Assembly: GCA_009859145.1 (NCBI GenBank)
Contig: VRVR01000042.1
Coordinates: 172,806-236,805, forward strand
DNA length: 64,000 nucleotides
DNA from: Andalucia godoyi And28
Lineage: Eukaryota > Protista > Jakobida
Reading direction: 5' to 3'
Positions 1 to 10,565 of this stretch are shown here, piece after piece. Within the stretch, counting starts at the first letter, position 1, and each line of letters begins with the position of its first letter. Below the pieces are notes generated by a model that made no database searches, had not been told where the DNA came from, and saw only the letters and a program-made list of their open reading frames with translations. A program made the position numbers and the translations under genes.

Positions 1-17
1 TTTTCTCTTGTCTTTAT

Positions 18-78
18 TCTTCTTCTTCTTCTCTTCTTCTCTTCTTCTCTTCTTCTCTTCTTCTCTTCTTCTTCTCTT
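18..78. repeat. (TTC)n/(TTCTC) pyrimidine microsatellite
   Basis: Imperfect ttc/ttctc repeats visible at the window start. Confidence 0.85.
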
Positions 79-457
79 TTTCTTGTGAACAAAAATCCAA
101 TGGGGCTTTAGTTTCTGCTGGCGGTTTCAGTCGCTATGTGGACGTTCCCGCTCCAGAGACCCGGGGGAATTTCCTCCTTTGATGGACGATGCTTGATTGC
201 GAAGTCGGATGCTTCTGTTTGTTCGATTTTCGCTTCGTCTGTCGTACAGCTTAAAACCTTTTTTCTTCTTCTCTTTTTAAACAGTCCCATATTCCATCCA
301 AAACCGAAGAACGTCATTCTTTTCTGCGTTTTTTCTACTCTCCAAAACAACAACAACAACAATCAAAACACCCTGCAAACACGACTTCTGCATTCTCGAC
401 GGACGAGTACGACAGTTGCGGCATTCTTACGTCGTGATACGGTAAATGGTACGCACA

Positions 458-725
458 CATCTACATTGTACACTCACCACGGATGATCATCGCTGATCAC
501 CCATAATCAATGTTGCAACCCAACAACATGCATAGCATGATTGGGAAGGGGGTAGGCCCCGAACACGCCCCTCGGCATGAGAGACGTTCCCAAGATAGAT
601 GTTGCATTGCATGGACAATAAGAATAAAAATAAGAAATGAGCGTCGGTGTGCGAGAATGCAACGCGGCGGCGTGTTTATAGGGCTTTCATGATCAAAATG
701 GGGCGAAACGAATCGTGCATCGTGT
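458..725 (-). mobile_element. Non-autonomous IS607/Fanzor2-like element, subfamily 2 (copy D, 268 bp)
   Basis: Near-identical to 46554-46897 apart from a missing internal segment of about 75 nt. On the minus strand it ends ...AGTGTACAATGTAGATG, resembling the subfamily 1 end AGTGTATAATGTAGGCG. It shares the GCGTGTT.GGG.CC.A..CCCTTCC block with subfamily 1. Confidence 0.75.
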
Positions 726-1197
726 TTTACAAAGTTTTTTTCACGCTCACCTCTCATACTAGTGGGGACCAAACGCCGCGTCGCCGAATGGCAACTTTCT
801 TCACATGCACCATCAGGTCACGAAAAAACATAATAAGAGATGAAAAAAGCAAGCGAACAACAGCAAATATATTAAAAAGTCAATCCAAACGAAGAAGAAG
901 AAGAAGGAAGGGGGAAAAAAAACAAAACGGATGAACGGGAAACGGAAAAAGCAACGGACAGATGAAAAGAGGAAAGGAAATCTCAAGAATGGGAAATGCC
1001 GAAATTTCTGAAATTGAATTTCCATGGGAAAGCGGTCTTTCCATCATTTTGTTTTCGATTTACAATTCATTTTATTACGATACCTGTCGTTCTCTGTTTC
1101 CACCGATCATCTATTCGTCCTCGTGAGTCGTGAGTACACTGCCGTTTTCATCAACCGTTGCGCACGGACGAACACACACAGAAATTGATCTGGGAGG

Positions 1198-2256
1198 ATG
1201 GCGGTGTTTGCATCGAGTCCTGCAGAGTCTGAAGGAGAACAGCAGTCGCAGCCACAGTCGTTTGCTGCTCTGCGGTATCTGGCGGCTGGGGCAGTGTCTG
1301 GTGCAGTTTCTCGGACGATGGCAGCGCCTGTGGAGCGTCTGAAGATTGTGTTCCAAGTACAGCATGTGAACGTTGCGAGCAATTTGCAGAAGCGACCGCA
1401 GTTTCAAGGAATCATTCCGTCGCTAATTGCGATAGGGAAGCAAGAAGGGTGGAGAGGGTACTTTAAAGGGAACGGGGTGAATGTCGTTCGGATCATTCCG
1501 TACTCTTCTGTTCAGTTTTTCATGTATGAAGAGGCCAAGACGCGGATTCGGGATTGGGAGAATCGTGTGTTCGCGAGTAGCAATGCTGGGAGAAGCGACG
1601 GTTCTGGGAGCAGTGGCAGCCACGGTTCCTCCGAAGTGCGAAAGCCGCTCAGTACGGTCGGAAGGCTGCTTGCTGGATCGGTTGCTGGGGTTGTGTCGGT
1701 GATGGCGAGCTACCCGTTGGATGTTGTTCGATGCCGGCTGTCGGCGCCACAGGGAATGAACCCGGTGGAGTACAAGGGAATAGCAGATTGTCTTGTCACA
1801 ATGTACAGAACAGAAGGGCCAATGTCGCTGTGGAGAGGAATGGCGCCAACAGTTATGGGAATTGCTCCGTATGCAGCAATCAACTTTGCAGTGTACGAGC
1901 AGCTGAAGAGAATGGCGTATGAATGGAACGAAAAGAGGCAACCGGGAAGAGCGGACGGAGCAAAGACGAATGTACCGGTTTGGCAGAGACTTGCATTGGG
2001 GGCCGTTGCTGGAATGACGGCGCAAACAGCGACGTATCCTTTCGACACGGTTCGGCGAAGAATGCAGATGAGAGCGCACTACACGTCCACCTGGAATGCA
2101 ATGACGACGATTTTCCACACGGAGGGAGTGCGTGGACTGTATCGTGGACTGGTGCCAAACTACCTCAAGGTCGTTCCGGTGGTATCGGTGGGATTTGTCG
2201 TGTATGAGTGGTCCAAGGTCTTCTTTGGAATCCAAGGAAAGTCTGGTGAGCTGTAA
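1198..2256 (+). CDS. Mitochondrial carrier family protein (SLC25; ADNT1/SLC25A42/Leu5-like branch)
   Basis: Three carrier repeats with P-x-[DE]-x-x-[KR] signatures (PVERLK, PLDVVR, PFDTVR) and GxxxxxRG motifs; 352 aa. Confidence 0.95.
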   Translation: MAVFASSPAESEGEQQSQPQSFAALRYLAAGAVSGAVSRTMAAPVERLKIVFQVQHVNVASNLQKRPQFQGIIPSLIAIGKQEGWRGYFKGNGVNVVRIIPYSSVQFFMYEEAKTRIRDWENRVFASSNAGRSDGSGSSGSHGSSEVRKPLSTVGRLLAGSVAGVVSVMASYPLDVVRCRLSAPQGMNPVEYKGIADCLVTMYRTEGPMSLWRGMAPTVMGIAPYAAINFAVYEQLKRMAYEWNEKRQPGRADGAKTNVPVWQRLALGAVAGMTAQTATYPFDTVRRRMQMRAHYTSTWNAMTTIFHTEGVRGLYRGLVPNYLKVVPVVSVGFVVYEWSKVFFGIQGKSGEL

Positions 2257-2527
2257 CCACCCCACAATGCACACACACACACAAACAAGGCACAACCGTC
2301 ATTCTTTTTTCCGTAAGAGAGATATCACTCCTGTGTGCCGCCATCACCATCGTCCCCTCCCGCTGATCGTCGTGTTGTCGTCGTCGACGACGGTGTTGTA
2401 TTCTTTGGTTATTTCCGCTGCTTTTATGGTATCTTGGATGTACAGCCGGTCAATTTCAACGTCGTTTGTCATCGTTTCGGGGATTGTAATTGTGCCTTTT
2501 GTTTTCTTGGCTTCGTTTGCTAGCGAA

Positions 2528-3439
2528 TCAATGGTCGCTCATCTCGCTGCCTTCGCAGTTTTCGGGATGTGCTGGCTTCATAGGCAGCTTTGCGAGCTCG
2601 CAAGCAATTGCGTGGGCGATTTTTTGCATTCCTTGGTGAGATGGATGGATTGGATCAACGTAGTCAGTCGACTCGTGAATGATGGTGCGCAGATCGAGAG
2701 TCGCGCACCCGTGCTTCTCTGCGACCCTTCTCATCGCGCGATGCAAAATGGGCATCCCAAACTTCCCAAGCGCCCCCGTGGCATAGGAGGCAAAAGTGTA
2801 CGCTGCAGACCCTCGAATGCCTAGGTTTTCTGCCAAGAAGTCTGTGTTGGGATTGTACGGAAGCGCAATGAGCACTGGCTTCTTCCATTCGCAGATCGAC
2901 TCGATTGCCAGGTTGTAGTCCTCTTCAAACTTCTTCATTCTCTCTGGGAACGTAGTCATGATGGACCACATGAGAGACAGACCCGACTGTGTCGACGAGG
3001 TATCCAACAGACCGTAGTAATGTGGGAAGATCATGCGCATTGCGTCGTTTCCTCCGACGGACACCACAAAATGCGTCACGTCATCCGGTACTCGCCGCAG
3101 CTGCGCATGCACTTCCGATGCGACAGACCCTCCGCGAGCGAGCAGGGTGACCGGTTGTGACTCGAACAAGTTGTGCGACAAGTGTCGGTGGATCGCAAGC
3201 GGATTGTCAAACACAGAATCGCCGAGCAACACCACGTGTCTCCTATCCTTGTGCATGCCGTACGGCTTTTCATATCCGCCCTGGATCTTCGTCACGTGCA
3301 AGTGCGAGGACCGCAGGGGACCCGCAGGTGAAGATGGAGACGATGCTTTGGTCGCGTTGCTGCCGTTGCTATCTCCACCACCGTTGTTTCCAATCGTTAC
3401 AAATGACGGTCCGCTCGGAGAAACTGGGTTGACCAACAT
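2528..3439 (-). CDS. SGNH/GDSL hydrolase
   Basis: Block I LLGDSVFDN, block III SVGGNDA, block V DYVDPIHPS; 303 aa. Confidence 0.88.
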   Translation of the reverse strand: MLVNPVSPSGPSFVTIGNNGGGDSNGSNATKASSPSSPAGPLRSSHLHVTKIQGGYEKPYGMHKDRRHVVLLGDSVFDNPLAIHRHLSHNLFESQPVTLLARGGSVASEVHAQLRRVPDDVTHFVVSVGGNDAMRMIFPHYYGLLDTSSTQSGLSLMWSIMTTFPERMKKFEEDYNLAIESICEWKKPVLIALPYNPNTDFLAENLGIRGSAAYTFASYATGALGKFGMPILHRAMRRVAEKHGCATLDLRTIIHESTDYVDPIHPSHQGMQKIAHAIACELAKLPMKPAHPENCEGSEMSDH

Positions 3440-3475
3440 TTTCGTGTTCTGTTTCTTCTTCTTCTTCTTATTATA

Positions 3476-3515
<40 letters not shown>

Positions 3516-3954
3516 GATGATGACGACCACGGTGGACTTCTACTGCTTCCCTACGTTGTGCAGGATTTCTTTCGAAGGGAGTCTGAAAGAGCTGAAATAA
3601 AAACCCAGAGTGCACACAACAACATAGCCCACCCTGCCTGTCTGTCTGTTTGTTTGAGTTCCGTGTGATTTATTTGTATATCTTCATATACTTCAAGTAT
3701 GATGCTGATAGCCATATCCGGGGGGGGAAGTAGCAGTGCAAGTCAGTGGAACACTCTCTTGAAACGTCTCTCTTTCCATCTGCCAAACGTCCTCACCAAC
3801 TTTTCCCGCTGTCGTTCTTTTTGGCGCTTTTGTTTTGTCTTCTTTTTTTACTGTTCTTTTCCGCGTTGTATCGTTAAATGTGTATTTTTTAAAATAACGT
3901 TTCCTACTTTCTGGTGGCCGATGCTTGTCCCGGTCCTCCCCCTGGACCCGTCCT

Positions 3955-4620
3955 TCATAGGATGAATGGAAAGATGGACGTTCGTCCGCCCGCGCTTTTG
4001 CCAGGGTATCTCTTCTTGTGCTTTGTGATGGCGAACGACGCCATGATGGCCGTTGCGACAGCCCAAAAGACAAGCGCCGGCACCATGAATCCCGTGAGCG
4101 CAGCCCATGACAGCCAGGCCAAGGACTCGCACAGATAATGTGGATGCGTGACGTAGGTGAAAAGTGGGTGGTGCGGAACGACATAGACAAGCTTTCCATC
4201 GCGCTCTTCCTTTTCCGTAAAGGACATGACGCGATGCGCCACTGCATTGCCGTACTCGAATATGACAAACAGTGTCGCAATCAGGATCTGCTCAAGCGTC
4301 ACAAACTCGGCGGCCATCCGCTCTCCTTGCGCGCTCCTCTGCAGATCAGCACTCCAAATCGACTGCATAATCCACAACGTAAATCCCCAATAATACACAA
4401 ACTCGCCAATGCACTCGTGAAACGGGAACGTCGACTGCCCGTACTGATGCACCTTGAACGCTTCAAACGTCCGCCTGCCGTAATGGAACGCCCACAGACA
4501 CATTGCCAAAATCGATCCGCGACTCAAGTCACTACGGTAGCTCTGCAGCAGATACACCGTCAGCAAAAAGGTCACTCCATAAGAATAGATGTCGCGTGTC
4601 CTTGGTGAAAATATCGTCAT
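3955..4620 (-). CDS. 3-oxo-5-alpha-steroid 4-dehydrogenase / enoyl-CoA reductase (Steroid_dh) family membrane protein
   Basis: HYGRRTFE...VH, YYWGF and PHYLCESLAW motifs; multiple hydrophobic segments; 221 aa. Confidence 0.85.
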   Translation of the reverse strand: MTIFSPRTRDIYSYGVTFLLTVYLLQSYRSDLSRGSILAMCLWAFHYGRRTFEAFKVHQYGQSTFPFHECIGEFVYYWGFTLWIMQSIWSADLQRSAQGERMAAEFVTLEQILIATLFVIFEYGNAVAHRVMSFTEKEERDGKLVYVVPHHPLFTYVTHPHYLCESLAWLSWAALTGFMVPALVFWAVATAIMASFAITKHKKRYPGKSAGGRTSIFPFIL

Positions 4621-4865
4621 TTCTGTGCTTTCCCCTCCCTTTTACGTATGCAAGTGATTTTTTCAATTGTTTAAAAATAACGGAAAGATGAGAAAAAAAA
4701 CAAACAAATAAATGAAAATCTGGAAATTCCGGGGCTAACGTGTAAAAAGCTGCATGCCAAAACACTCGTGTTTTTCTTCTTCTTGCTGTCTTTTCATTTC
4801 GTTGGAAGTTCGATCTCAAGGTGATGATAATACGACAGTTTTATTATTTTTATTATTTTTTTATA

Positions 4866-5597
4866 CTACAGCTCAAGTTTCCTTTCGACCGGAAATGCTG
4901 CTTGCCGGATCTTTTGCACGAACGATGCGAAATTGTCCGTCTTTGGGTCGTAGAATGTGACCAGGATAACGACGACGGCGAGCAGCAGACAAATGACGAG
5001 GAACCGCGCAAGAACATGTGCGGCCGTGGTCTGATCTTCCTCTGAACGCGAGCAAGTCTCAGTCTCAGTCGTAGTTGTGACCGCTTCGACCTCTGCTTTG
5101 GTTTCCGTCTTGTTCTCACTCTCGGTCGTCGCCGGGAATGGTTCTGCGGCAGTTACTACGGCGGGTGTCGCGGATCGAGACGCAGGTGCCGTCGCACTCG
5201 CACCTGGAACAGGAGTTTGTCCGCGGACCCACGAATCCGTGCGAGTGGTCTCACTGGACAACACTACGGGAGTGCTGGCACGCGATGCCGAACGGAGTCC
5301 CGTGCGTCCTGGAGATCCGATGACGGATGCCGCGCTCGGAGGAGGAACAGGAGTTCTGCGGCCAGTCGTAGTAGTAGCGGTGGTAGCAGGCATTCCTGTA
5401 GAAGCGGAGAGTGTGGAGCCCAAGGATGCGGCAGACGCGGCGGTGGTCGACGGATTGTGGAACTTGGAGGACAGAATCATGTTGACGAGATCGTCCTTAC
5501 GAACAGATGCAGCCGGAAGCGAAGCATCTGGAAGACCGCCGAGAATGCTTCGAAGCTCGTCTTTGGTCTTGCGCAATAGATCTTCACGATTCGACAT
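4866..5597 (-). CDS. Membrane protein with N-terminal HeH/LEM-like helix-extension-helix, S/T/P-rich linker and one C-terminal TM helix
   Basis: The N-terminus (LLRKTKDELRSILGGLPDASLPAASVRKDDLVNMIL) resembles a HeH/SAP-type fold. The TM helix is FLVICLLLAVVVILVTF. Confidence 0.6.
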   Translation of the reverse strand: MSNREDLLRKTKDELRSILGGLPDASLPAASVRKDDLVNMILSSKFHNPSTTAASAASLGSTLSASTGMPATTATTTTGRRTPVPPPSAASVIGSPGRTGLRSASRASTPVVLSSETTRTDSWVRGQTPVPGASATAPASRSATPAVVTAAEPFPATTESENKTETKAEVEAVTTTTETETCSRSEEDQTTAAHVLARFLVICLLLAVVVILVTFYDPKTDNFASFVQKIRQAAFPVERKLEL

Positions 5598-5655
5598 ACT
5601 GTCTCTGCTCTGCTCTGATGATCGAATGGCTTTTCACAAAACAAATCAAAACGGC

Positions 5656-5690
<35 letters not shown>

Positions 5691-6081
5691 AAGAAAGAAA
5701 AAACGAAAGAAAGAAAGGGGGGAAAAATAATATATAAATGATAAAAAACGTTAAATAAATAAATATATATATATATAGCTGATGATCGGAAATGAGAAAA
5801 GGAAAAAGAGGGAAAAGAGGGAAAGGAAGGGAGAAAATGGCTCCATTTGGAAAAGAGACGTTGTTGCTCATGCTTGATTGCGCGGGATATTGTATCGTGC
5901 ATTCGTTATTGTGCAAATTCGTGCGTTCGTCGGTATTTTTCCAGCATCCTATTGTTTGTTGGATTTGTCGTTTGGTTTGCTTTTTCAGTTTAGTACTGTA
6001 TTTACTTTATCCGTGGTGGGGTCACCGCACAACATATACTTGCAGCGCTTGTAAGAGGAGGGGAAGAGGGTGAAAGAAGAT

Positions 6082-8112
6082 TTAGAACTGGAGGGCTGCG
6101 ACGAGGATTGCAGCAATGGAAAGAGCGACTGCGTTGACGACAGAGGACGGGGCGGCGGAGGCGACTGGGGTGTTGTTGTCATTGTCGTTGCTTCCGGTTG
6201 TGTTGTAGGCGAGGACGGCGTCGTTTCCAAAGTCGAGGACGTTTCCTTGCTTGAAAGTTTGGAGAGAGAACTGGATGGCGGTTCCTGAGGCAGCGGGGTT
6301 GCGGAAGAGACCTCCGTTGGATCCAGTGGCGGTGCGGATGGAGACGGTGCATGGGGTTCCTGCGGTGATTGCGCCGGTGGGAGTGACAGAGAAGACTGCC
6401 GAGCATGAGACGTCGTCGGGGACAGTGATATCCGCGGGTCCGTACGAGGCGCAACCGCTGACCTCGATGTTGTAGTCCTTTGTGTTTTCAATGGAGAGGA
6501 TCTTCGGAATCACAACGCGGATCTGCGGGGCCTCGGTGCTGAGGATGTTGTTGGCCGGGGTTCCCTGGAGCTTGATGGAGGTGAGTGCATCGCCGGCTTT
6601 CTGCGACGAGACCGCGAAGCTGAGGTCGGTCATGGAGTAGATCGAGAGATCGACGCTTGCATAGTTGGTTGCGCCAACTGCACCGAAGGTCGCCGAGGAC
6701 GACGTCGCAACGGTTGCGCGGATCGTCGTGGCCGCTTCGTAGACGGACATGGTTACTGCAGCCCCGGTGGCGACACGGACGGTGAAGGTGCACGCGGCAG
6801 TGGAGCCTGCATCAAAGTTGACCGCAGCAGAGGTCGTGAGCTGGGCGAACGAGCTGGTGAGGGAGTCGGTGTTCAGTGCAAGACCGGTGTTTGCGGAAGA
6901 CGCGCAGCCAGTGACATCGAGGACAAAGAGGCCGTTGAGGGATCCATTCGCTGGGAAGTTGCGGAAAATGACGTTGCGAAGTGTCACCTGGACATAGTCA
7001 GTGGCAGCAAGAGCGTTCTTGGGGGTGGCTTGGACCGAGACAGCGTTCAGAGCCGTGCGGACACCAGCAGAGGCAGGGTCTGTGCTGAACTGGATGCTCG
7101 ACATTGCGTTGGTGGGCTGGGATGCGGACCGGCCAAACAGACGCGGGAGGCGGAATCCGGCGGTGTCGCGGAGCTCGATTTCAACAGAAAGCTCGTTGGC
7201 TGCAGGGAGCACAAGATCGCCGGCATTGCCACGGTTCACAGTGATGACGCATTCCGTGTTCGTAAGACTAACTGCACCGGCAACAAATGTGATCGTCTTG
7301 GAATTGACAATCGTCACAGCTGCGGAGGAAACTGATGTGCATCCTGAAACCGTTGCAGTGAGCGCTGCGGAGGTGACTGGGAAAATGTCTTGCGAGAAAG
7401 CAAGTTGGATCTGCTTGTCGGACGGGAACGAGGATCCAACGTCAACGGCAACATTCGGAGTGGTCTTCACAACGAGCGAGTCGAGAGTCGAGCTCGGAGT
7501 GGTCACGGCAGCGCCTCCGGACACTCCGTTGAAGCTGATCTTGTTGAACGAATCGAGGATGACAAGCTTAGCAGTGCGGTCGTCTGTGTTGACCGACTCG
7601 TCAATGACAGTCAGCGAGTTGGTGAGGATACGGAAGATGAACGACACAAAATAGTCGGAGTCCGGAACGATGAAGTTTCCAAACACCTCGGACGGAGCCT
7701 TGAGGTCGTTGGGGAACGCGACCTTGTCAGTAGATTCGACAGTCACTGTGCATGCAACATCCGGGGAGACAATGCCGCCAGTGAAGAGATCGGCACGAGT
7801 CGTCACAGTGTCGTTGTAGATCGTGGCCTGCGCATCGGTACCCGAGAAGCATCCGCTGATAGTTACTTTGAGTCCACGCGATGCAGCTCCGTCAGCGAAG
7901 AAGTCACGAGACGGGAACTGGATCTGGAATCGAGGGTTTGCAACCGATCGCAGCGGGGTCGCAACAAGCGCAAATCCCTGAATGGGCTGCCCAAGATTGG
8001 CTTGGGTTGGAGAGAGAGATTGGCCGCACATTGGCTGCTGCGCAACTGCACCAATAGCACACAGAAGGAGAACCGAAGCAAGAACTGCGGTCATCAAATA
8101 GGTTGAAAGCAT
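6082..8112 (-). CDS. Secreted, probably GPI-anchored surface protein with four internal beta-rich repeats
   Basis: N-terminal signal peptide (MTAVLASVLLLCAIGAVA). C-terminal small-residue spacer plus hydrophobic tail (ASAAPSSVVNAVALSIAAILVAALQF). Repeated TP...Q(I/V)...(S/T)GC...C(T/V)xT/SV motif; 676 aa. Confidence 0.8.
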   Translation of the reverse strand: MLSTYLMTAVLASVLLLCAIGAVAQQPMCGQSLSPTQANLGQPIQGFALVATPLRSVANPRFQIQFPSRDFFADGAASRGLKVTISGCFSGTDAQATIYNDTVTTRADLFTGGIVSPDVACTVTVESTDKVAFPNDLKAPSEVFGNFIVPDSDYFVSFIFRILTNSLTVIDESVNTDDRTAKLVILDSFNKISFNGVSGGAAVTTPSSTLDSLVVKTTPNVAVDVGSSFPSDKQIQLAFSQDIFPVTSAALTATVSGCTSVSSAAVTIVNSKTITFVAGAVSLTNTECVITVNRGNAGDLVLPAANELSVEIELRDTAGFRLPRLFGRSASQPTNAMSSIQFSTDPASAGVRTALNAVSVQATPKNALAATDYVQVTLRNVIFRNFPANGSLNGLFVLDVTGCASSANTGLALNTDSLTSSFAQLTTSAAVNFDAGSTAACTFTVRVATGAAVTMSVYEAATTIRATVATSSSATFGAVGATNYASVDLSIYSMTDLSFAVSSQKAGDALTSIKLQGTPANNILSTEAPQIRVVIPKILSIENTKDYNIEVSGCASYGPADITVPDDVSCSAVFSVTPTGAITAGTPCTVSIRTATGSNGGLFRNPAASGTAIQFSLQTFKQGNVLDFGNDAVLAYNTTGSNDNDNNTPVASAAPSSVVNAVALSIAAILVAALQF

Positions 8113-8948
8113 GGTCGATGGGTTCTTTTTGTCGAGGAAAGTTCAGAAATGGTCGCACGGAAATAAAACACTGAAGATGAATTTGTGAAAGAGGATTGGA
8201 AAGGAAAGGAGGAAGAAAAGGAAATGGAAAAAAATGGAAAATGAAAACTCTTCATGCACGGAGAGTTTATATACTTGGTCCATGGCAATTTTTTTTTGTC
8301 CATGAACAAAAAGGAAGAGAACGTTCAGTCCACGGAAACCAGAACATGACCACTGGAATGCGGCTCCCGCAAAAGCCGGTTAACACTCGCGGGGTGGCAA
8401 AATAGCTCGAGAAGACTTTTTCCTTTTGCGAACGAATCAGCGTCGACTTTTCCAGTTTCCAGCGTTCCAATCGAAGGTGTGTCGTAGCAGAACTGTTTTT
8501 TTCTTCTCGACGTTCCAACTTCAAGGCGTGTCTAACCCCCAAATTCTTCCCTTTCGTCCTCTCCGAATTCTGCGGAGCTCCATTATTTCCCAAGCGGGGC
8601 GATCTGAGGTTCTCTCGTTCCCCCACTCCCGAGTGTGTCTCCGCACTCTGTACCCCTCGCCCCCCCTGGACTTTTCGTGCGCTTGATCTTTGGGGTGCGC
8701 CTCAACGCATATTCCCCGGTGCCTACCGTAGTTCGAGTTCACTGCTTCATCTGCCGTAATCAAAACAAGAACAAAATAAAGATTGAAAGACGCAAGCTTT
8801 GAAAAACGAGTCAATGAACCACCAGTGCTTCTTCTGGACAAACGGAAGTATGCAAATCATCATCGATCATCACAGTACACTTAGCGAGGATTAGTAGTCC
8901 AGCAGTTTCAGGAAATTGTACTGCTCAAGGAAAAGGGAAAAGGGCGAA

Positions 8949-10109
8949 ATGCTGTATTGCACGGCATGTCACACTCGGATATTTCTTGACCAATCGCAGA
9001 TCTTCGAGCCGACAGCCTCGGTGTCTCCGGCTGCCGACGTCCCCGAGTCCGACACGTTTCTTCTCGTGAATGCCGCGTCCATCGGTCCAATTGCGGGTCC
9101 GCCTCCATCCAGTGCTGCGCCATCCCCGGACGATGCAAGAAAAAACGTCTCGGCGCCCCGCAGCAATCGCATCAACTATAGTACTAATAATAGTAATAGT
9201 AGTAGTAATAGTAGTGGTGGTGGTAGCGGCGGTAGTGGTGGCCATGTCCCCGCGACGCTTGCGGACCTGCCGCTGTTCCTGGCTCCAGACCTTGCGGTTC
9301 CGTACCCGATATGCACCGAGTGTGCGGAAATGTTGGAGGGAAAGCTGCGCGCACAGACAGAGACGGCGGCCGTGACGCTGCGCAGTTTACAACAGACGGT
9401 CTCACAGCTTCAGATGATGCACGCGCGATCGCCATCATCATCATCATCATCGTCGTCGTCGTCGTCGTCATCATCTGCGCTGTCGCCTGTTGCAGCAACA
9501 ACATTACCGCTTACGCCACCAACGTCGCTTACGGAACTTGAGGACGAGATTACTGCGCTGTGCAAAACAGAAGAGGCGCTTATGGCCGAGCTTGCCGCGC
9601 TGGAAAAGGAAGAGGAAAAGCTCGTAGCGATGCAGACGCGACACTGGGAACATGTATGCAAGTTTCATGCAGAGGTGGTGGATCTTGGCGAGGAGGAAGC
9701 TGCGATGCGCGCGTCCGTTTCATATGCACAGCAACGACTAGAGGCGCTGTCGAGAACACATCCGCTCGTTGCACTTTTCCAGATTTCGCTTGTCGACTTT
9801 TACGCGGCGGTCAATGGGTGTCGGATAGGACGGCACGGCTCAGAAGGTCCAGAGTGGTCCGAAGTGAATGCAGGGCTTGGGTACATTGTCCAGCTGCTGA
9901 GCATTCTTATGGATAAACTACAGGTCTCCAGCCTCGAGGTGTTTGGAGCGAAGCTCGTGCCTTCCGGGTCTCACGCGCGCATCGAGATCTTCAACAAGGA
10001 CAAGGAAAAGAGTCCCGCGTCTCCATTAGTTTCATCGCCAACGGTAACGCCGACGGCAACCACATTATCCTTGTCAAGTCCAACGACATCAACGAGCTCA
10101 GCCGCACCA

Positions 10110-10141
<32 letters not shown>

Positions 10142-10517
10142 GCCCGGATCAGGGTCATCGAAACACAAGACCGTGTTGGAGCTGTTTGACGGGCAGCCTG
10201 CGATGTTCGGTGCGTCAGGATCAAAATTCAATCGCGGAATCGTGATGCTCGTTCAGATCTTGCGGTTTGTGATGCAGGTTCTGCAGGATCGGGCTGGACG
10301 CAATGGAATTCCACTTCCTGCACACGACTTTGTTCTCGAGCCGGAAAAAGAAAAGATCAACGACCTTCCCATCAAGCTGCTCGCGACCAATAGCGAAGAG
10401 TCCTGGACCAGAGCCATGCGCTTCATGGCTTTCTCGGCAAAATGGTGCTTGTCTTCCTTCATCATTCTCGAAGAACATCGAGAAAAGGCTGCAAAACTTG
10501 AAAAGCAGAAGTTTTAA
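8949..10517 (+). CDS. ATG6: Beclin-1 / Atg6 / Vps30
   Basis: PICTECAE zinc site, coiled coil, LFQISL...VNGCRIG...WSEVNAGLG (BARA domain), WTRAMRFM...KW. First ATG is at 8949; the ORF track starts at TTG 8916. Confidence 0.92.
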
Positions 10518-10565
10518 AGACAAACTACGCGCCCTCCCAAAGGGGACTGTTAAAAATCTCTGCCG

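Noticed and set aside
2528-4620. A biosynthetic cluster linking the SGNH hydrolase, steroid reductase and the NRPS-PKS
   Set aside because: They lie more than 23 kb from the PKS with housekeeping genes in between. No tailoring, transport or PPTase genes flank the PKS.
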